Position numbers and translations under genes: made by a program. Below, one piece after another: positions 52,145-64,000 of a stretch of 64,000 bases of DNA. This DNA is from Somniosus microcephalus (lineage: Eukaryota). The DNA lies in assembly GCA_052327205.1 (NCBI GenBank), contig CM126204.1, positions 69,750,001-69,814,000 of the forward strand, written 5' to 3'. The stretch's first letter is position 1. Every line of letters starts with the position of its first letter. The notes under the pieces are model-generated. The model did no database searches. It was not told the DNA's origin and saw only the letters and a program-made list of their open reading frames with translations.

Positions 52145-55077
52145 AATAATAATTCTAATAGGTCTAAGAGTGTTAAAAAAACAAGCCTGAAGGCTTTGTG
52201 TCTTAATGCGAGGAGCATTTGTAACAAGGTGGATGAATTGGCTGCACAAATAGAAGTAAACAAATATGATTTGGTTGGGATTACGGAAACGTGGCTCAAG
52301 GAAGGCCAGGACTGGGAACTCAACATTCAATATTCAGGAAAGATAGGCAAAAAGGAAAGGGAGGTGGGGTAGCGTTACTGGTTAAAGAAGGGATTAACAC
52401 TATTGTAATGAAGGATATTAGCTCTGATGAGGTGGAATCTGTATGGGTAGAATTGAGAAATACTAAGGGGAAAAAAACGTTAGTGGGAGTGGTTTATAGA
52501 CCTCCAAACAGTAAGGTGGAGGTTGGGGATGGCATTAAAAGGGAAATTAAAGAAGCGTGCAATAAGGGCACAGCAGTCATCATGGGTGACTTTAATCTAC
52601 ATATAGATTGGGCCAACCAAATTAGTAACAATACTGTGGAGGAGGAATTCCTGGAGTGTTTACGGGATGGTTTCCTGGACCAATATGTCGAGGAACCAAC
52701 CAGAGATCAGGCCATCTTAGACTGGGCATTATGTAACGAGAAAGGATTAATTAGCAATCTTGTTGTACGAGGCCCCTTGGGTCAGAGCGATCATAATATG
52801 ATAGAATTCTTCATTAAGATGGAGAATGAAGTAGTTGACTCTGAGACTAGGGTCCACAATTTAAATAAAGGAAACTACGATGGTCTGAGGAGCGAGTTGG
52901 GTAGGATTGATTGGGGAATGGCACTCAAAGGGTTGACGGTGGATAGGCAATGGCAAACATTCAAAGACCGAATGGATGAACTGCAGAATTTGTTCATCCC
53001 AGTTTGGCATAAAAATAAAACAAAAAAGGTGACCCAACCATGGCTAACAAGGGAAATTAGGGATAGCATAAGGTCCAAGGAGAGGGCATATAAATTGGCC
53101 AGAAAAAGCAATAATCCTGAGGATTGGGAGCAGTTTAGGATTCAACGAATAAGGACAAAGGGATTAATTAAGAAAGGGAAAATAGAATATGAGAGTAAGC
53201 TGGCGGAGAACATAAAAACTGATTGTAAAAGCTTTTATAGATATGTGAAGAGAAAAAGATTGGTGAAGTCAAGCGTAGGTCCCTTGCAGTCAGAATCGGG
53301 GGAATTTATAATGGGGAACAAAGAAATGGCTGACCAACTAAATACATATTTTGGCTCTGTCTTCACAAAGGAGGACACAAATAACCTCCCAGAGATGCCG
53401 GGGAACATAGGGTCTGATGAAAGGGTGGAACTGAAAGAAATCAGTATTTGTAGGGAAATGGTGTTAGGAAAATTGATGGGACTGAAGGCCGATAAATCCC
53501 CAGGGCCTGATAATCTACATCCCAGGGTACTTAAGGAAGTGGCCCTAGAAATAGTAGATGCATGGCTGGTCATCTTCCAGAACTCAATAGACTCTGGAAC
53601 GGTACCCATGGATTGGCGGGTAGCTAATGTTACCCCACTATTCAAAAAAGGTGGTAGAGAAAAGGCGGGGAATTATAGACCGGCAAGCTTGACATCGGTA
53701 GTGGGGAAAATGCTAGAGTCCATTATAAAAGATGTAATAGCAGAGCACTTGGAAAGCAGTGACTGGATCGGACAAAGTCAACATGGATTTACAAAAGGTA
53801 AATCATGCTTGACTAATCTACTGAAATTTTTTGAGGATGTAACTGGTAAAATAGATAAGGGAGAACCAGTGGATGTGGTGTATTTGGACTTTCAGAAGGC
53901 TTTCGATAAGGTCCCGCATAAGAGATTAGCGTGCAAAATTAAGGCACATGGGATTGGGGGCAAGGTATTGACTTGGATCGAGAACTGGTTGGCGGACAGA
54001 AAGCAAAGAGTTGGAATAAATGGGTCATTTTCCAAGTGGCAGGCAGTGACTAGTGGGGTACCGCAAGGATCGGTCCTAGGACCCCAGCTGTTCACAATAT
54101 ATATTAATGATCTGGACGAGGGAATTGGATGTAATATCTCCAAATTTGCAGATGACACAAAGCTGGGTGGGAGGGTATGCTGTGAGGAGGATGTCGTGAA
54201 ACTCCAGCACGATTTGGACAGGTTGGGTGATTGGGCAGAAACATGGCAAATGCACTATAATGTGGATAAATGTGAGGTTATCCACTTTGGTGGCAAAAAT
54301 AGGAAGGCAGATTATTATTTGAATGGCAATAGATTGGGAGAAGGGGAAGTGCAAAGGGACCTGGGTGTTCTTGTACACCAGTCGCTGAAGGTAAGCATGC
54401 AGGTGCAGCAGGCGGTTAAGAAGGCAAATGGTATGTTGGCCTTCGTAGCAAGAGGGTTCAAGTACAAGAACAAGGATGTCTTGCTGCAGTTGTACAGGGC
54501 CTTGGTGAGACCACACCTTGAGTATTGTGTGCAGTTTTGATCGCCTTACCTGAGGAAGGACGTTCTTGCCATGGAAGGAGTGCAGCGAAGATTCACCAGG
54601 CTAATACCTGGGATGGCAGGAATGACGTATGAGCAGAGATTGTGTCGATTGGGATTATACTCACTGGAGTTTAGAAGATTGAGAGGGGATCTCATCGAAA
54701 CCTATAAAATTCTGTCAGGCCTGGACAGACTAGATGCAGGAAGGATGTTTCTGATGGCCGGGGAGTCCAGAACCAGGGGTCATAGTCTAAAGATAAGGGG
54801 TAAGCCATTTAGGACTGAAATGAGGAGGAATTTCTTCACCCAGAGAGTGGTGAACCTGTGGAATTCTCTGCCACAGAGGGCGGTGGAGGCCAATTCATTA
54901 AGTATATTCAAGAAAGAGTTGGATATATTTCTTAAGGCTAAAGGGATCAAGGGATATGGGGGAAGGCAGGGACAGGGTACTGAGTTTGGATGATCAGCCA
55001 TGATCTCATTGAATGGCGGAGCAGGCTCGAAGGGCCGAATGGCCTACTCCTGCTCCTATCTTCTATGTTTCTATGTT
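52145..55077 (+). mobile_element. CR1 (HER1-like) LINE with near-complete ORF2
   Basis: EN (LNARS, ITETW, YRPP, GDFN, SDHN) and RT (749-aa ORF); small deletion/frameshift near 52330; TGA at 54538-54540 where homologues have W; tail (TTCTATGT)n. Confidence 0.95.
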
Positions 55078-55835
55078 CCTCACTTACCTGAGGGCCGCTG
55101 CTAACGTCGCTTCGCTCCCGAGATGCTTCTCACTCAGTTCAGCTTTCCAGCTCGATGGAAATGATGCCTGAGGCCCAATATTGGTTGCGTCTGAATTTCT
55201 GGGCCCTTGAATCCAATCTTATACTTGACATTGCTACGTTCAGCACTTTGATCAAACACGGGTCAGATTTGATTCTCCTTTCAAATGTCCAATGCTGTTG
55301 TAAGATTGTAACACTTACACATTAATCACATTTTAAATTGATGGTGGCTATTAATAAAACTGTGGAAATTACATTTTATAATGCATATATCTATCCCTAT
55401 CAAGTGATTGCAGGGTATTTGACAGACTATTCAATAATGCAGCTGTGAGACGCCTGTTGATTTATATTGTACCTTTTCTTTTCTTTATAATGGAAATAGC
55501 TATCCAACAAAGTGCCGTATGAAGGCTTATTAGCTTTGCAAACCAAGCAGTCACTGTGACAGATATCTTTATGAAACAATGATTACAATGTTAGTGAATT
55601 AATCAAGGCAATAAATTAAAACTAAGCATAAATAAATGCAATAAAAATATCAAAGGAAAGAGAAAAATTGATAACCACTGTAACTGAAGCATTTACAAGA
55701 GTTCAGCGGAATCAGTAAATGGTAAGAGGAAAGAGGAAAAGAAGCTTTCAATGTACAAATGTTCACCACAGTTCAGGGTCAAGCAGCCAGTTAATGTAAG
55801 CTACTGAGCCATTTGGCACAACAATTTACAACGTT

Positions 55836-56598
55836 GGCCCAGAAATTCGGGTCGGAGGCTTCCCGCGGGTGCAAGCCTCCGACCTGCACTTACCTAGCGC
55901 GCCGGCCGTTGTGCTGTGGGCCCGCGTGGGATTCCGATCCTGGGCCTGCTCCAATTGCCGGCGCGCAGTGCTTGCGTATCCCAGGGGCGCAGTTAGTTCG
56001 AAGCGTCCCCTGGGATCACGTGGGCCATGGGGAGCCAATCGGAGCAGGGAATCTGTATTCATAGATTTGACAGGAAGACCTGTCAAATCTATGAATACAA
56101 TTCAGCCCCAAAACATAACTAAAACTTCAAATAAATTTTAAAAACATCACATTTTTAAAATAACTATAAATTACATTAAATAACTATTTTAAACAATAAT
56201 TTAAATTTAAAAAAAATTAATTACAGTTTCTAACGAGGTTAAAAATAAACTTAGCTTTCTTTAAAGTATTTAAAAATAATAAACCTGTGGAAAAAATGTT
56301 TTAATTTTACTTAATTCACCACTTACCTTGTTAAAAGCAGGCCTTGCGGCTGCTTTTTATAAGCGTAGCTGCTGGAGACTTACCCTCCCGGAAAAACCTG
56401 GAGAAAAAAAATGGAAGTTCCAGGCGTATGCACTGCCTCTCTGGCGCACGCGTTCGACCTGTGAACCCCTTCCTTTAAGGGAATGGAAGTTCCGGTTTCC
56501 CGCGCATGCTCAGTGCATGCACGAAACCGGCACTTTCGTTGGTCCTACGCGTGAGTATCCTGCGCATACTCACCCGTGGGGACCCGAATTTCTGGGCC
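55836..56598. mobile_element. MITE (Harbinger-like ends)
   Basis: Perfect 18-bp TIR GGCCCAGAAATTCGGGTC; internal perfect 21-bp hairpin 56054-56099; related TIR at ~55194-55206. Confidence 0.85.
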
Positions 56599-57777
56599 AA
56601 TGAGACGGGTGGTATATAATTGGGAGGAAGTGGCCCTGGAGTCCTCAACATTGACTCCGGACCCCATGAAGTCTCATGGCATCAGGTCAAACATGGGCAA
56701 GGAAACCTCCTGCTGATTGCCACCTATCACCCTCCCTCAGCTGATGAATCAATACTCCTCCCATGTTGAACACCACTTAGAAGAAGCACTGCGGGTAGCA
56801 AGGGCACAGAATGTACTCTGGGAGGGGGACTTCAATGTCCATCACCAAGAGTGGCTCGGTAGCACCACTACTGACCGAGCTGGCCGAGTCCTGAAGGACA
56901 TAACGGCCAGTCTGGGCTTGCGGCAGATGGTGAGAGAACCAACGCAAGGGAAAGACCTTATCCTTGTAGTGTATGTACCCGTCTACCTTTAAGAGAACTA
57001 TTGTATGTAACCGTCCACCTTTAAGAGAACTACTTTAGGTGTTGCACTACTTTGTTGGCTTCTGTATACTGTAATACCGACGGTGACCACACCGGTATAT
57101 AAGTGCTGTGTCAGGATTTATTGGGCAGATTCGCCCTGACCTTCGAATAGTAAAGTCCTGTTTTAAGTTACTCTGGTAGTCTGTGTATTAATTAACTAAA
57201 CAACCCACAGACTTTACACTGGCGACGAGTCCGATCGTACCCTGTGGCAACAATACTTCCGAAGCAGTTAACGAGCGTCGAGAAGAGGCAACTGCCCTCG
57301 TCATTCTGCTGGGAGAAAACTCGAGTCTGCAGAGCTGGAAAGGAGGAAGAATTCAGAGACAAAGACTTCCATCAGCAACAGGCACTGACTGTCCCTTCTG
57401 CCATGGTGAGGAGTGAGCCGATCAGCACGAGAAGCAAGCCGGCCACGGTGACTGTGAGTAAGGGAAAAGTAAAAAGAATAACCGGAGGATAAGGGCAGTG
57501 CACTCGACCACGGTCGAGGGGGAAAGGAGCCGGACAGAAGTCGGGCCCAGAGGCGCTGAGACTGGGGCAGCGTGGAGCAAGGAAGCCGCGGTACAGACAG
57601 GCTGGGGACGCAACGGCGTCGTGAGACAGCTAGACCGCGACCGGCGAAAAAGGCCGGGCAGCGACCGAAGCCACGAAGCGCTGCGACCGGGAGCATAAGC
57701 GCGGGAAGATATAAAAACTCAGCCGCAGCCGGGGAGGGAAGCACCGGACTGCGAGAGGGCTGGGAGGCGCGATTGGG

Positions 57778-57990
57778 AGCCGAGCGAGCGGGAGAGGCAG
57801 AGCCGACCAAGGGAGACTGAGCGAGAGCCAGTCCAGCGGCTGAAACTGTTCGCTGTCAACGGGGTGTACCCAGCGCCGGTAGAGCCGAGCGAGCGGGAGA
57901 GAGACAGAGCCCGAGCAAGGGGAACTGAGCGAGAGCCAGCCCAGCGGCTGAAACTGTTCGCCGTCAACGGGGTGTACCCAGCGCCGGTTG
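57778..57990 (+). repeat. ~105-bp tandem duplication in the leader of element D
   Basis: CAGCGGCTGAAACTGTTCG(C/T/C)GTCAACGGGGTGTACCCAGCGCCGGT occurs twice. Confidence 0.8.
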
Positions 57991-58272
57991 CCCTGCCGAG
58001 AAAAGGGAAAGCACTGAAGCCGACGCGCAGGCTGTGAACCTGAAAGCCAGCGGCCGTCGCCCGTGGGGAAAGTGTACCCCTCCCGCCAGGGGAAGAAACG
58101 CGGGAAGCCGCCATTAGGCGGAGAAGAAGACAGAAGCGGGGAACCGCCATTGAAGTGGGCGGGGAGAGAAGATAAGCGCGGGAAACCGCCATTTTCGCGG
58201 GAACCGCCATCTTGAAGAAAAAAAAAGAAAATTTAAAGAAATAATCCGTGGTGTTATCAGGAAGAGAGGAAG

Positions 58273-61200
58273 ATGCCTAAGCGTGGTAACATCAACGATT
58301 TAATTCCGAGGTAGAAGACTGGGCCACGTATGTGGAACGCATTGAGATCTATGGTGAGGCCAATAAAATAGAAGAAGATGACAAAGCTATAACCTTGCTA
58401 AACTCGATGGGCGCGAAGACATACGGGCTCTTGAAGCATCTACTAGCACCAGCTAAACCGGCGGATCAGACTTTCGATGATACTGTTGCTGTCCTGAAGA
58501 ATCATTTTAACCCCGCACCACTGATGTTAGTGGAACGATCCAAATTTTATGCGAGAACGCAACGGAAAGAGGAAAGCAACGCGGAGTACCTGATTGAACT
58601 GCGTAGGCTAGCGAAACACTGTCAGTTTAGGGAAAATCTGGCAGAGGCACTCAGAGACAAATTCGTGTGCGGAATGTCGAAGGAAGAAACACAAAAACGA
58701 CTGCTCGAAGAGAACGATCTTACACTTGATAAGGCTGTCCTTATTGCTGCATCGAACGAAGCCGCAGCGAAAGGAACGGCGGAAATGCAGCTAAAGGCAG
58801 CGGCACTCAGTGTGCAGCAAATTACTTCAGGTACAACGAAATGCTATCGTTGTGGGAAGACAACACACGACCAGAACCAATGCTGGTTTAAAAACCAGGA
58901 ATGTAGGAAATGTGGCAAGCTCGGTCACATAGCTAAGGTATGCCGGTCAGGAAAGAAGACCAACAATAATGAGTCACCACAAAAGAGGTACAGGAAGGTA
59001 CATGAGGTGACTAGGAAGAGTCCGGAAGAACAGAATTCGGACTCACACTCCAACTGCAAGGAACTGGATAGTCTGTGAATTCACAATGTGAGTAATGAAG
59101 CTGACCGACAAGCTATCTGGATCACACTACAGATTGCAAAAGTCCAAGTGAAAATGGAAGTGGACACCGGATCGGCGTTGACGGTCATGAATAAGCATGA
59201 TTATAAAAAGTTATTCAAGCATATTCCCCTACGGGATACGGAACTAGTATTGCAGACATACACGGGGCACAAAGTATACCCCATCGGAAAGATAGAAGTC
59301 AAGGTGAGATACAAGGACAAAGATCACCAAAGGATGGACCTGTATGTGTTGCCTGAGGGAGGTCCACCACTTCTGGGACGGGAGTGGATCAGGAAAATAA
59401 AGATAGACTGGCATTCACTAAACACCATGACGGTAGATTCCGGAAAGGAAGATGTCAAACCTGAACGGTTGTCCAGAATATTGGACAAAGCTAAAGAGGC
59501 ATTCCAGCAAGGACTGGGAACACTGCGAGGAATTAAAGCAAAGGTTAAGATTGCAGAACATGCAAGCCCAAAATTTTTCAAAGCCAGATCGGTACCTTAC
59601 GCGATACGACCTGCTGTGGAGGCAGAACTGGAAGAACTTGAACGATCAGGGGTACTGTCAAAAGTGGACTGGAGTGAGTGGGCCACGCCCATTGTTCCCG
59701 TCATGAAGTCTTCACCAAGTAACAAGCCAGGGGGACCGGGGAAGGTCCGCATCTGCGGAGACTTCAAGATCACAGTGAATCCGGTGCTTCACAGGGTACA
59801 ATACCCGCTTCCGCGGATTGAAGATATCTTTGCTTCATTGGCTGGAGGGAAACACTTCACCAAGATAGACCTGGCACAGGCATACTTACAAATGGAAGTC
59901 GAGGAAGAGTCGCGTCAGTACCTCACCATCAACACACACAGAGGCTTGTATCGTTATAATAGACTGGTTTTTGGGGTAGCTTCGGCTCCAGCAATTTGGC
60001 AGAGGGCCATGGAGCAGGTATTACAAGGAATTCCAAGCACGCAGTGTTACTTAGACGATATCCTGATTACAGGAGAAGACGAGGAAGAACACCTCACAAA
60101 TTTGAAACTGGTGCTCACTAGGTTGAAGGAATATGGCCTTCGAGTTAATCGCAAGAAATGTGAGTTCTTCCAAAAACGGATCTCATACTGCGGTCATGTC
60201 ATTGACCGAGAGGGGCTGCACAAGTCACCTGACAAGATAGAAGCTGTCGTGAAGGCCCCCGCTCCGGAAAACGTATCACAGTTAAGATCATTCTTGGGGT
60301 TGATTAATTATTATCACAAGTTTCTGCCGAATCTATCCACGGTGCTGCATCCGCTGAATGCTCTGTTGCGGAAAGAAGTACCATGGAAGTGGAGTGAGGA
60401 ATGTAAAAAGGCCTTTCGCAGAAGCAAGGCGTTGATTACCTCTGAAGAAGTGTTGGCTCATTTCAACCCAACGTTACCTCTTCGTCTAGCTTGTGATGCT
60501 TCCCCCTATGGAATTGGAGCAGTACTTTCACACAAGTTACCAAATGGCTCGGAAAGGCCAGTGGCATTCGCGTCCCGATCATTGACCTCCGCGGAGCGAA
60601 ATTATGCTCAAATAGATAGGGAGGCCCTCAGCCTTGTGTGGGGCATAAAGAAATTCAATCATTACCTGCAGGGCAAGAAGTTCACATTACTGACAGACCA
60701 CCAGCCGTTGGTGTCCATATTCAACCCTAACAAGGCCGTTTCCACCATGACAGCGCAAAGGTTACAGAGGTGGTCCGTGTTACTTGGGGCACACCAATAT
60801 GACATCGAATACAAAAGGTCCAAACAGCATGGAAATGCTGATGGGTTATCGCGCTTGCCATTGCCGATAGTAGAAGAAGCGACTACAGTGGACCCGGTAG
60901 AGATGTTCCACTCATCCATAGTGGAATGTCTACCAGTAACAAATTCGATGATCCAAAACGAAACAAGAAATGACCCGACTCTCTCACGAGTCTATGATTT
61001 AACGGTGGAGGGATGGCCAGCACAGGGCGAACCAACGCTGCCAGCATTTTCGCAGAGAAAAGAACAGCTGTCAGTGTGTCGAGGAACCCTGATGTGTGGA
61101 TCTAGAGTGGTGATTCCACCCAAACTTCAACAGAAGGTGTTAAAGGAGCTGCACGAGGGACATCTGGGTGGAGTGAAAATGAAGAACCTAGCAAGAGCGT

Positions 61201-62240
61201 TTGTGTGGTGGCCAGGCATTGATGGGGACATCGAAGAAATCACTAAGAGCTGTCTAGGATGCCAGAAGGTCCAAAACGCGCCACCACAGGCTCCTCTGCA
61301 TCCATGGGAGTGGCCCTCATCTCCTTGGCAAAGGGTACACATCGACTTTGCTGGTCCATTTATGGACTCAATGTTTCTAATAGCGGTGGATGCACACTCC
61401 AAGTGGCCGGAGGTAATAAAGATGTCCACCACCACCACGGAAAAAACCATCACAGTGTTAAGGACCATGTTTGCTAGGAATGGGCTGCCGGAACAGATCT
61501 GTTCTGATAATGGACCGCAATTTGTGTCCGAAGAATTCAAGAAATTCTTAAAGAGCAATGTGGTTAAGCACTACACGTCAGCCCCATACCATCCCGCCTC
61601 CAATGGATTGGCTGAAAGGTTTGTCCAGACCTTCAAGAAGGCCATAAAGGCCATGGGTAATGAAGCCATTAACTTACAACATAAGGTGGATAGCTTCTTG
61701 TTGGCGTACAGGAATGCAACACATGAGGTCACAAATCAAACTCCCGCCATGATGTTTTTTAATAGATGACTAAGATGCCGGCTGGATTTGCTTAAGCCAA
61801 ACGTCAGAAGGGACGTAGAGAACCAGCAATTCCAGGGCATGAATGAAAGGCCAACTAGATCTTTTCAGATAGGTCAACAAGTTTTGGCCCGGGACTACCG
61901 TACCGAGAAATGGCAGCCTGGAACTATTGGAAAAAGGCTAGGGCCGTTGATGTATACGGTGGACATTGGGGACAGTATAATAAGGCGCCATGTTGACCAG
62001 ATCATAGGGTCAGCCACAAATGGCCAACCTACTCCACCACCTTACACGGTTAATGTTGAGACAGAGATACCCAGAACACCTACCTCCGATCTGGTAATAC
62101 TGGAATCAGATGAACCTGACACTGTCCTTCAAGCCGAATCGACCTTGCCAGAAGCACCTACTACCCCGCCGGGAGTTACGATACCACCGAGGCGTTATCC
62201 GGACAGAGTCCGGAAACCTCCAGAGAGACTGAATCTGTGA
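58273..62240 (+). pseudogene. gag-pol of element D with a 1-bp deletion near 58299 and TGA stops at 59076 and 61767
   Basis: ATG 58273 (MPKRGNI) is out of frame with 58332; ORFs 58332-59078, 59088-61769 and 61788-62240 share a frame; VDTGS, YLDD and integrase motifs. Confidence 0.93.
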
Positions 62241-64000
62241 ACTGTCTTGCATAAAGTTGTATATATGTTATAATGTATGTTTAATGGGGAATCAGTATGT
62301 TGTAAGCTAAAAAGGGAGGATTGTAGTGTATGTACCCGTCTACCTTTAAGAGAACTATTGTATGTAACCGTCCACCTTTAAGAGAACTACTTTAGGTGTT
62401 GCACTACTTTGTTGGCTTCTGTATACTGTAATACCGACGGTGACCACACCGGTATATAAGTGCTGTGTCAGGATTTATTGGGCAGATTCGCCCTGACCTT
62501 CGAATAGTAAAGTCCTGTTTTAAGTTACTCTGGTAGTCTGTGTATTAATTAACTAAACAACCCACAGACTTTACAATCCTCACCAATTTACCTGTCGCAG
62601 ATGCATCTGTCCATGACAGTATTGGCAGGAGTGACCACTGCACAGTCCTTGTGGAGATGAAGTCCCGTCTTCACACTGAGGACACCTTCAATCGTGTTGT
62701 GTGGCACTACCACCATGCTAAATCAGATAGAATCAAATCTGATCTAGCAGTTCAAAACTGGGCATCCATGAGGCGCTGTGGGCCATCAGTAGCAGCTGAA
62801 TTGTATTCCACCACAATATGTAACCTCAGGATCTAGCATATCCCTCACACTACCAATACCATCAAGCCAGGTGGCCAAACCTGGTTCACTGAAGAGTGTA
62901 GAAAATCAAGCCAGGAGGAGCACCAGGTGTACCTAAAAATGAAGTGCCAACCTGGTGAAGCTACAACACAGGACTACATGCATGCTAAACAGTGGAAGCG
63001 GCATGCTTTCAACAGAGCTAAACAATCCCATGACCAACGGATCAGATCAAAGCTCCGCAGTCCTGCCACATCCAGTCATGAATGGTGGTGGACAATTAAA
63101 CAACTAACAGGAGGAGGAGGCTCCATGAACAACCCCATCCTCAACAATGGTGGAGCCCAGCCAATGAGTGCAAAAGACAAGGCTGAAGCATCCACCCAGG
63201 TTACTCGGCTCCAGACCTCATTACGCCTTGATCCAAATATAGACAAAAGAGCTGAATTCCAGAGGTGAGGTGAGAGTTACTGCCCTTGACATCAAGGTAG
63301 CATTTGACCGAGTGTGGCACCAAGGAGCCCCAGTAAATTTGAAGTTAATGGGAATCAGGGGGAAAACGCTCCACTAACTGGAGTCATACCTCGCACAAAG
63401 GAAGATGATTGTGGTTGCTGGCGGCCAATCATCTCAGCCCCAGGACATCACTGCAGGAGTTCCTCAGGGCATTGTCCTAGCCCCAACCATCTTTAGCTGC
63501 TTCATCAATGACCTTCCCTCCATCATAAGGTCAGAAATGGGGGTGTTTGCTGATGATCGCAGTTTTCAGTTCCATTCGCAATTCCTTAGATAATGAAGCA
63601 ATCCATGCCCGCATGCCGCAAGACCTGAACAACAATCAGGCTTTGGGCTGATAACTGGCAAGCAACATTCACGCCACACAAATGCCAGGCAATGACCATC
63701 TCCAACAATAGAAAGTCTAACCACCTCATTGACATTCAACAGCATTCCCATTGTCCAATCCCCCAGCATCAACATCTGGGGGTCGCCATTGACCAGAAGC
63801 TTAATTGGACCAGCCACATAAATACTGTGGCTACAAGAGCAGGTCAGAGGCTGGGTATTCTGTGGCAGTGACTCACCTCCTGACTCCCCAAAACCTTTCC
63901 AACATCTACAAGGCACAAGTCAGGAGTGTGATGGAATACTCTCCACTTGCCTGGATGAGTGCAGCTCCAACAACACTCAAGAAGCTCAACACCATCCAGG

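Larger units (their letters stand above)
56965..62575 (+). mobile_element. Gypsy element D (Mag-like), full length
   Basis: 254-bp LTRs 56965-57218 and 62322-62575 with no difference seen; TSD ATCCT; PBS TGGCGACGAG 57220-57229; PPT AAAAAGGGAGGAT 62309-62321. Confidence 0.97.
56602..64000 (+). mobile_element. Second LINE type (EN then RT), decayed, split by element D
   Basis: GDFNVHHQEWLGS and VREPT before 56964; SIGRSDH after 62580; RT matches the reverse complement of 39700-40480. Confidence 0.85.

Noticed and set aside
59076-59078. Programmed gag-pol stop-codon readthrough in element D
   Set aside because: A and B have a sense codon here and D carries another TGA; CGA>TGA decay is simpler unless other copies share it
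16067-61558. Many 60-180-aa antisense ORFs over Gypsy and LINE pol regions
   Set aside because: Shadow frames expected from coding-strand codon bias

Overview
Repeat-dominated non-coding vertebrate DNA, almost certainly from an elasmobranch (shark or ray). It carries an HE1/V-SINE with a CR1 (HER1-type) tail, Deu-domain SINEs and shark-type Penelope tails. No host gene can be identified with confidence. The window holds four full-length Mag-like Ty3/Gypsy LTR retrotransposons, each with a 5-bp target-site duplication (TSD), a tRNA-Ser-type primer-binding site (PBS) and a polypurine tract (PPT); one is nested antisense inside another. It also holds at least eight CR1-group LINE copies of two types (several nested), SINEs including an LF-SINE-like copy, Penelope fragments with a hammerhead-like core, PIF/Harbinger-like palindromic MITEs, a C-rich minisatellite and two local duplications. 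All long ORFs are transposon-derived and most are disrupted. The most notable observations are a TSD-bounded Penelope/CR1/LINE chimera, apparent recombination among the Gypsy elements, an antisense Gypsy-in-Gypsy nest that could form long dsRNA, and an LTR pair with TA...CA ends. I found no clear new biological system. Family names rest on recalled consensus features, not database searches.
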